Source: Bilabrum cf. latius (Eukaryota). From it: 64,000 bases of DNA. A program made the position numbers and the translations under genes. The stretch is taken from positions 496,001 to 560,000 of the forward strand of contig OZ237745.1 in the NCBI GenBank assembly GCA_965178125.1. The letters are read 5' to 3'. The notes beneath the pieces were generated by a model. It did not search any database. It saw only the letters and a list, made by a program, of their open reading frames with translations, and had not been told where the DNA came from. Within the stretch, counting starts at the first letter, position 1. Each line of letters opens with the position of its first letter. Below, one piece after another: positions 61,301 through 64,000 of the stretch.

Positions 61301-64000
61301 TTTGTTCTCCTGCTCGCCGCCCACCTTCGCCACCTCCTCGGGGCCCTCATCGGCCAGCAGCGCAGCCAAGGACCTGTCGATCTCCTGGGTCTTGTCGGGG
61401 ATGCGACCGGTGCGCCGGAGGGCGTCCAGCTCAGCGGTCACGTCGTCCACCTGCGCCACGCTGGGCCTCCCCAGCACCCTGGAGTCGCCCAAATCCAGCC
61501 CGAGCGCGCCGGCCCCGGCCCCCGAGGAGGCGGACGAGGCCCTCCGGCCCGCCCTGCTCTATACCCCGTTGGACCAGGCAGAGGTCGCGCTGCTTGCACC
61601 AGAGGTGCGGCGCGAGAGGTCGTGGACCATCCGGGGCTCCTCCCCCGCAGCTTTCTCTCCCTGGCCTACCTCTGCCTCATCGCCCACGATGCGGATCAAG
61701 GGAGATCCCGTCTCGTCCGTTCTGCCCTCGTCGTCGTTACCGCGCTCCCCCTTACCGGTACCGGCCAAGCCAATCCCCTCCTGCTGCAGCAGCGCCTCCA
61801 GGCCGGCCATGCTGGTGATGGAGGCGGTGGCTGCGTTCTCCTCCGTGGGCCCGTCGTCGCCTCCATTGCTTCCCACCATGCTCGAGTCGGCCGTGTCGTC
61901 GGCCACGTCGTCGGCCCCGCTCCTGGCAGAGGCGACGGAGGACCTTCGCTTGCTGCGGCTGCGGAAGACGTGGCGGCGCTTGCCACTAGAGCGGGTGCTC
62001 CTGGCGGACCCGGGAGCAGGCGCGGGCGTGCTCGCTTTCCCGGCAGAGGTAGAGGCACCGCCATGATCCTGATCTTGATCCTGCTCCGCATCGTTGTCGG
62101 CGTTGCTTGCACCCTGCATGCGGCCTAGCAGGTCCTGGAACGCGCCCAGGTCTGCCGTCTGCTCGTCGCCGTCCCCCTCGACTTCGTTGTCGATCTCGCT
62201 GGCATCAAGGCCGCTGAGCGCCGCTGTGCGGTCGCCGTCATCTTCCAGTCCGGCGGTGGACTTGCTGGCCTTGGACTGCGCTGAGAGGCGGGCCGAGCGG
62301 CGACGGCCGCTGCGGGTGCCTGCGCCACTGGATGCGGAGGCTGGTGCCTTTGCCTTGGTCCTGCCCGTGCTCTTGGCAGAGCTTGTTCCCTGGGTCTTAT
62401 GCTTCTTTGCGCTGCTCCTGGCGCTGCGGGTGCTCCTGGCTGATGCGGGGGCAGCAGCAGGCTCGTCCTCCTCCTCCTCCTCATCCTCCTGACCTGCCGC
62501 TGCCTCCTCCGCGGCTGCATCCAGCATTGCCTGCATGGACGATGATCCCGCACCGGCGCCGGCAAACGTCGCCCTGCGTGCCGCCGCCATGCGGCTCCGA
62601 CGCACCACCGCCTGCTGGGCCGAACCCCCTGCGCCCGCGCCAGCACGAGCGCTGTTGGCCTTGCCGGCAGATCGACCCGGCGCTGCTGAGCCTCTCGGCG
62701 TTCCGCTGCCTCGAGAAGCGGAGGCCGGACCACTGGCATGCGCAGCCTCCTCGTCCTCGTCCTCATCTTCCTCTTCGTCCATGTCGATGTCTCCTTCGTC
62801 GTCCATGGGTGCTTGTTCCCCGGCCTCAGCAGCGGCCTACCTGGCGGCCTGCTGCATGGCGTCTTCGTCCTCATCCAGCGCAGAGTCGATCGAGGCGCTC
62901 TCGAGGCTGGCCACGTCCTCATGCTCACCTACCATGGCCATCGCGCCGGAGTCGGTTCTTCCGGTTGCAGTGGCGGTTGTCTCCACCTCTGCCACCATTG
63001 GCGCGGCGCCAGCGGAACCGTCCGCCGCCATTTCCATCGAGGCAGACCTCTAGTGCCTCGGGGCCAGGGAAGCTCGCCTGCTGCTGCTGGCGGCAGATGA
63101 CCTCCTGGCCCTGCTCTTGCGGCCACTCCTGCTCTTTCGCCCGCTGCTTGGCAGCTGAACCTCCACGTCGGCGCCCTCCTCTTGGCCATCTCCCTGCCCC
63201 TGCCCCTGCTGCTGCTGCTGCTGCCCGTCCTCGCCATCGTCGCTGTCCTCCGTTTCATCCCCGTCCCCGTCTTCCTCCTGGATCCCCGTCCTGGACCTCC
63301 CGCTTGCGTCCTCCCAGTGAGACAGGATGGACGAGTTCACCGCGGTGGCCTTCGTCTGCTCCTCCTCCTCCTCCTCCTCTTGCCCCTGTTCCTGCTCCTC
63401 CCCCAGGTCGTCTTCAAAGGTGAGCCGCACCTGCCCATCCGGCCCGTCAGGGGCCGCTGCCCCCGGCCTCGTCTGCGAGCCAGCGGAGCGCGGGGCCTGA
63501 GAGGAGCGCGAGGACGATGCCGAGGAGGAGGAGGAAGAAGACGCTGCTGCTGCAGCAGCTGCAGCAGAACCCCCCGTGCTGGGCTCCGACCCAGCCATCG
63601 AAAAGAGATCTCTGGCCTCGTGGGACGGCAGTGGTGTCATGGATACCACGGGTGAGTGCTTGCGGAACTCTGCCGCGCGGGGTGACCCAAATGCGACTTT
63701 CCTTCTCTCCGATGTCCTCGCTCTCGTCTTGTGCCCGCGGAGAGCGCTCAAGATGCCGCGGGAGGGGGTCTGCATTCCAAAGGGGGGGAGATATAATAGA
63801 GACAAGAGAAAGGGATAGTGGATGGGGCTAAAGGAGGCTCAATGGGGGCTAGATGACTGCCGCAGAGAGTGGAGTAGCGTAGAGTCCACTGTGGGGCTGC
63901 TGCGGGAGCTGCTACCAACCACCGAGGAATACAAACGATAGGAACGTACGTCTCACCTTGCTCCTATGCATTGGCCCAACATGCGCGTCAGCGTCAACCT
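58346..64000 (-). CDS. KNL1/Spc105-like kinetochore scaffold (partial, runs off the window end); 6 in-frame TAG
   Basis: GILS and RKVAF motifs (PP1-docking-like), a TMELT motif at about 60995-61009, a long acidic disordered region and a C-terminal coiled coil. Intron 63956-63770. TAG at 63050, 62837, 61559, 61100, 60155 and 59348. Ends with TGA. Confidence 0.65.

Noticed and set aside
1793-64000. In-frame TAGs as pseudogenisation or CpA>TpA hypermutation (RIP-like)
   Set aside because: That process should also turn CAA into TAA and be accompanied by other damage. No internal TAA, TGA or frameshift was found in the traced frames, and apparently essential genes are affected.
1793-64000. TAG as pyrrolysine, Trp (A-to-I editing), Leu or Tyr
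   Set aside because: The informative sites (polyQ runs, DYRK IQSR, GH29 QP, ARM and ankyrin repeats) point to Gln, and no pyrrolysine machinery is visible. U-to-C editing cannot be excluded from DNA alone but is less parsimonious.
1-64000. tRNA gene (especially tRNA-Gln CUA), rRNA, CRISPR array, transposon or endogenous virus
   Set aside because: No cloverleaf, repeat-spacer array, transposase, integrase or capsid signature was seen by eye. The large tandem repeats are coding. A tRNAscan-SE run is needed to be sure.

Overview
A gene-dense, GC-rich eukaryotic nuclear region, probably from a flagellated protist (short GT-AG introns, a CCDC180-like axonemal gene; a stramenopile affinity is only a guess). 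It holds about 21 genes: Hsp70 3' end, Dim1, acyl-CoA synthetase, a PINK1-like kinase/silk-like linker/ARM fusion, an unknown protein, AlaRS, a Kv channel with EF hands, two ankyrin paralogs, thioredoxin, GH29 fucosidase, GT4 glycosyltransferase, an F-box membrane protein, CCDC180, a class IV aminotransferase, WDR36/Utp21, DJ-1/Hsp31, a sulfatase, an SC35-like protein, a DYRK-like kinase and a KNL1-like protein. Main finding: the genome appears to use a non-standard nuclear code in which UAG encodes Gln while UAA and UGA remain stops. I traced about 90 in-frame TAG codons in 16 genes by hand. They join the fragmented ORFs into long single-frame genes with no internal TAA or TGA. They also fall inside CAG polyglutamine runs, at conserved Gln positions (DYRK YIQSR, GH29 QP) and at Gln positions of sister ARM/ankyrin repeats. 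All gene models end in TGA or TAA. No tRNA-Gln(CUA) or eRF1 gene was seen in this window.
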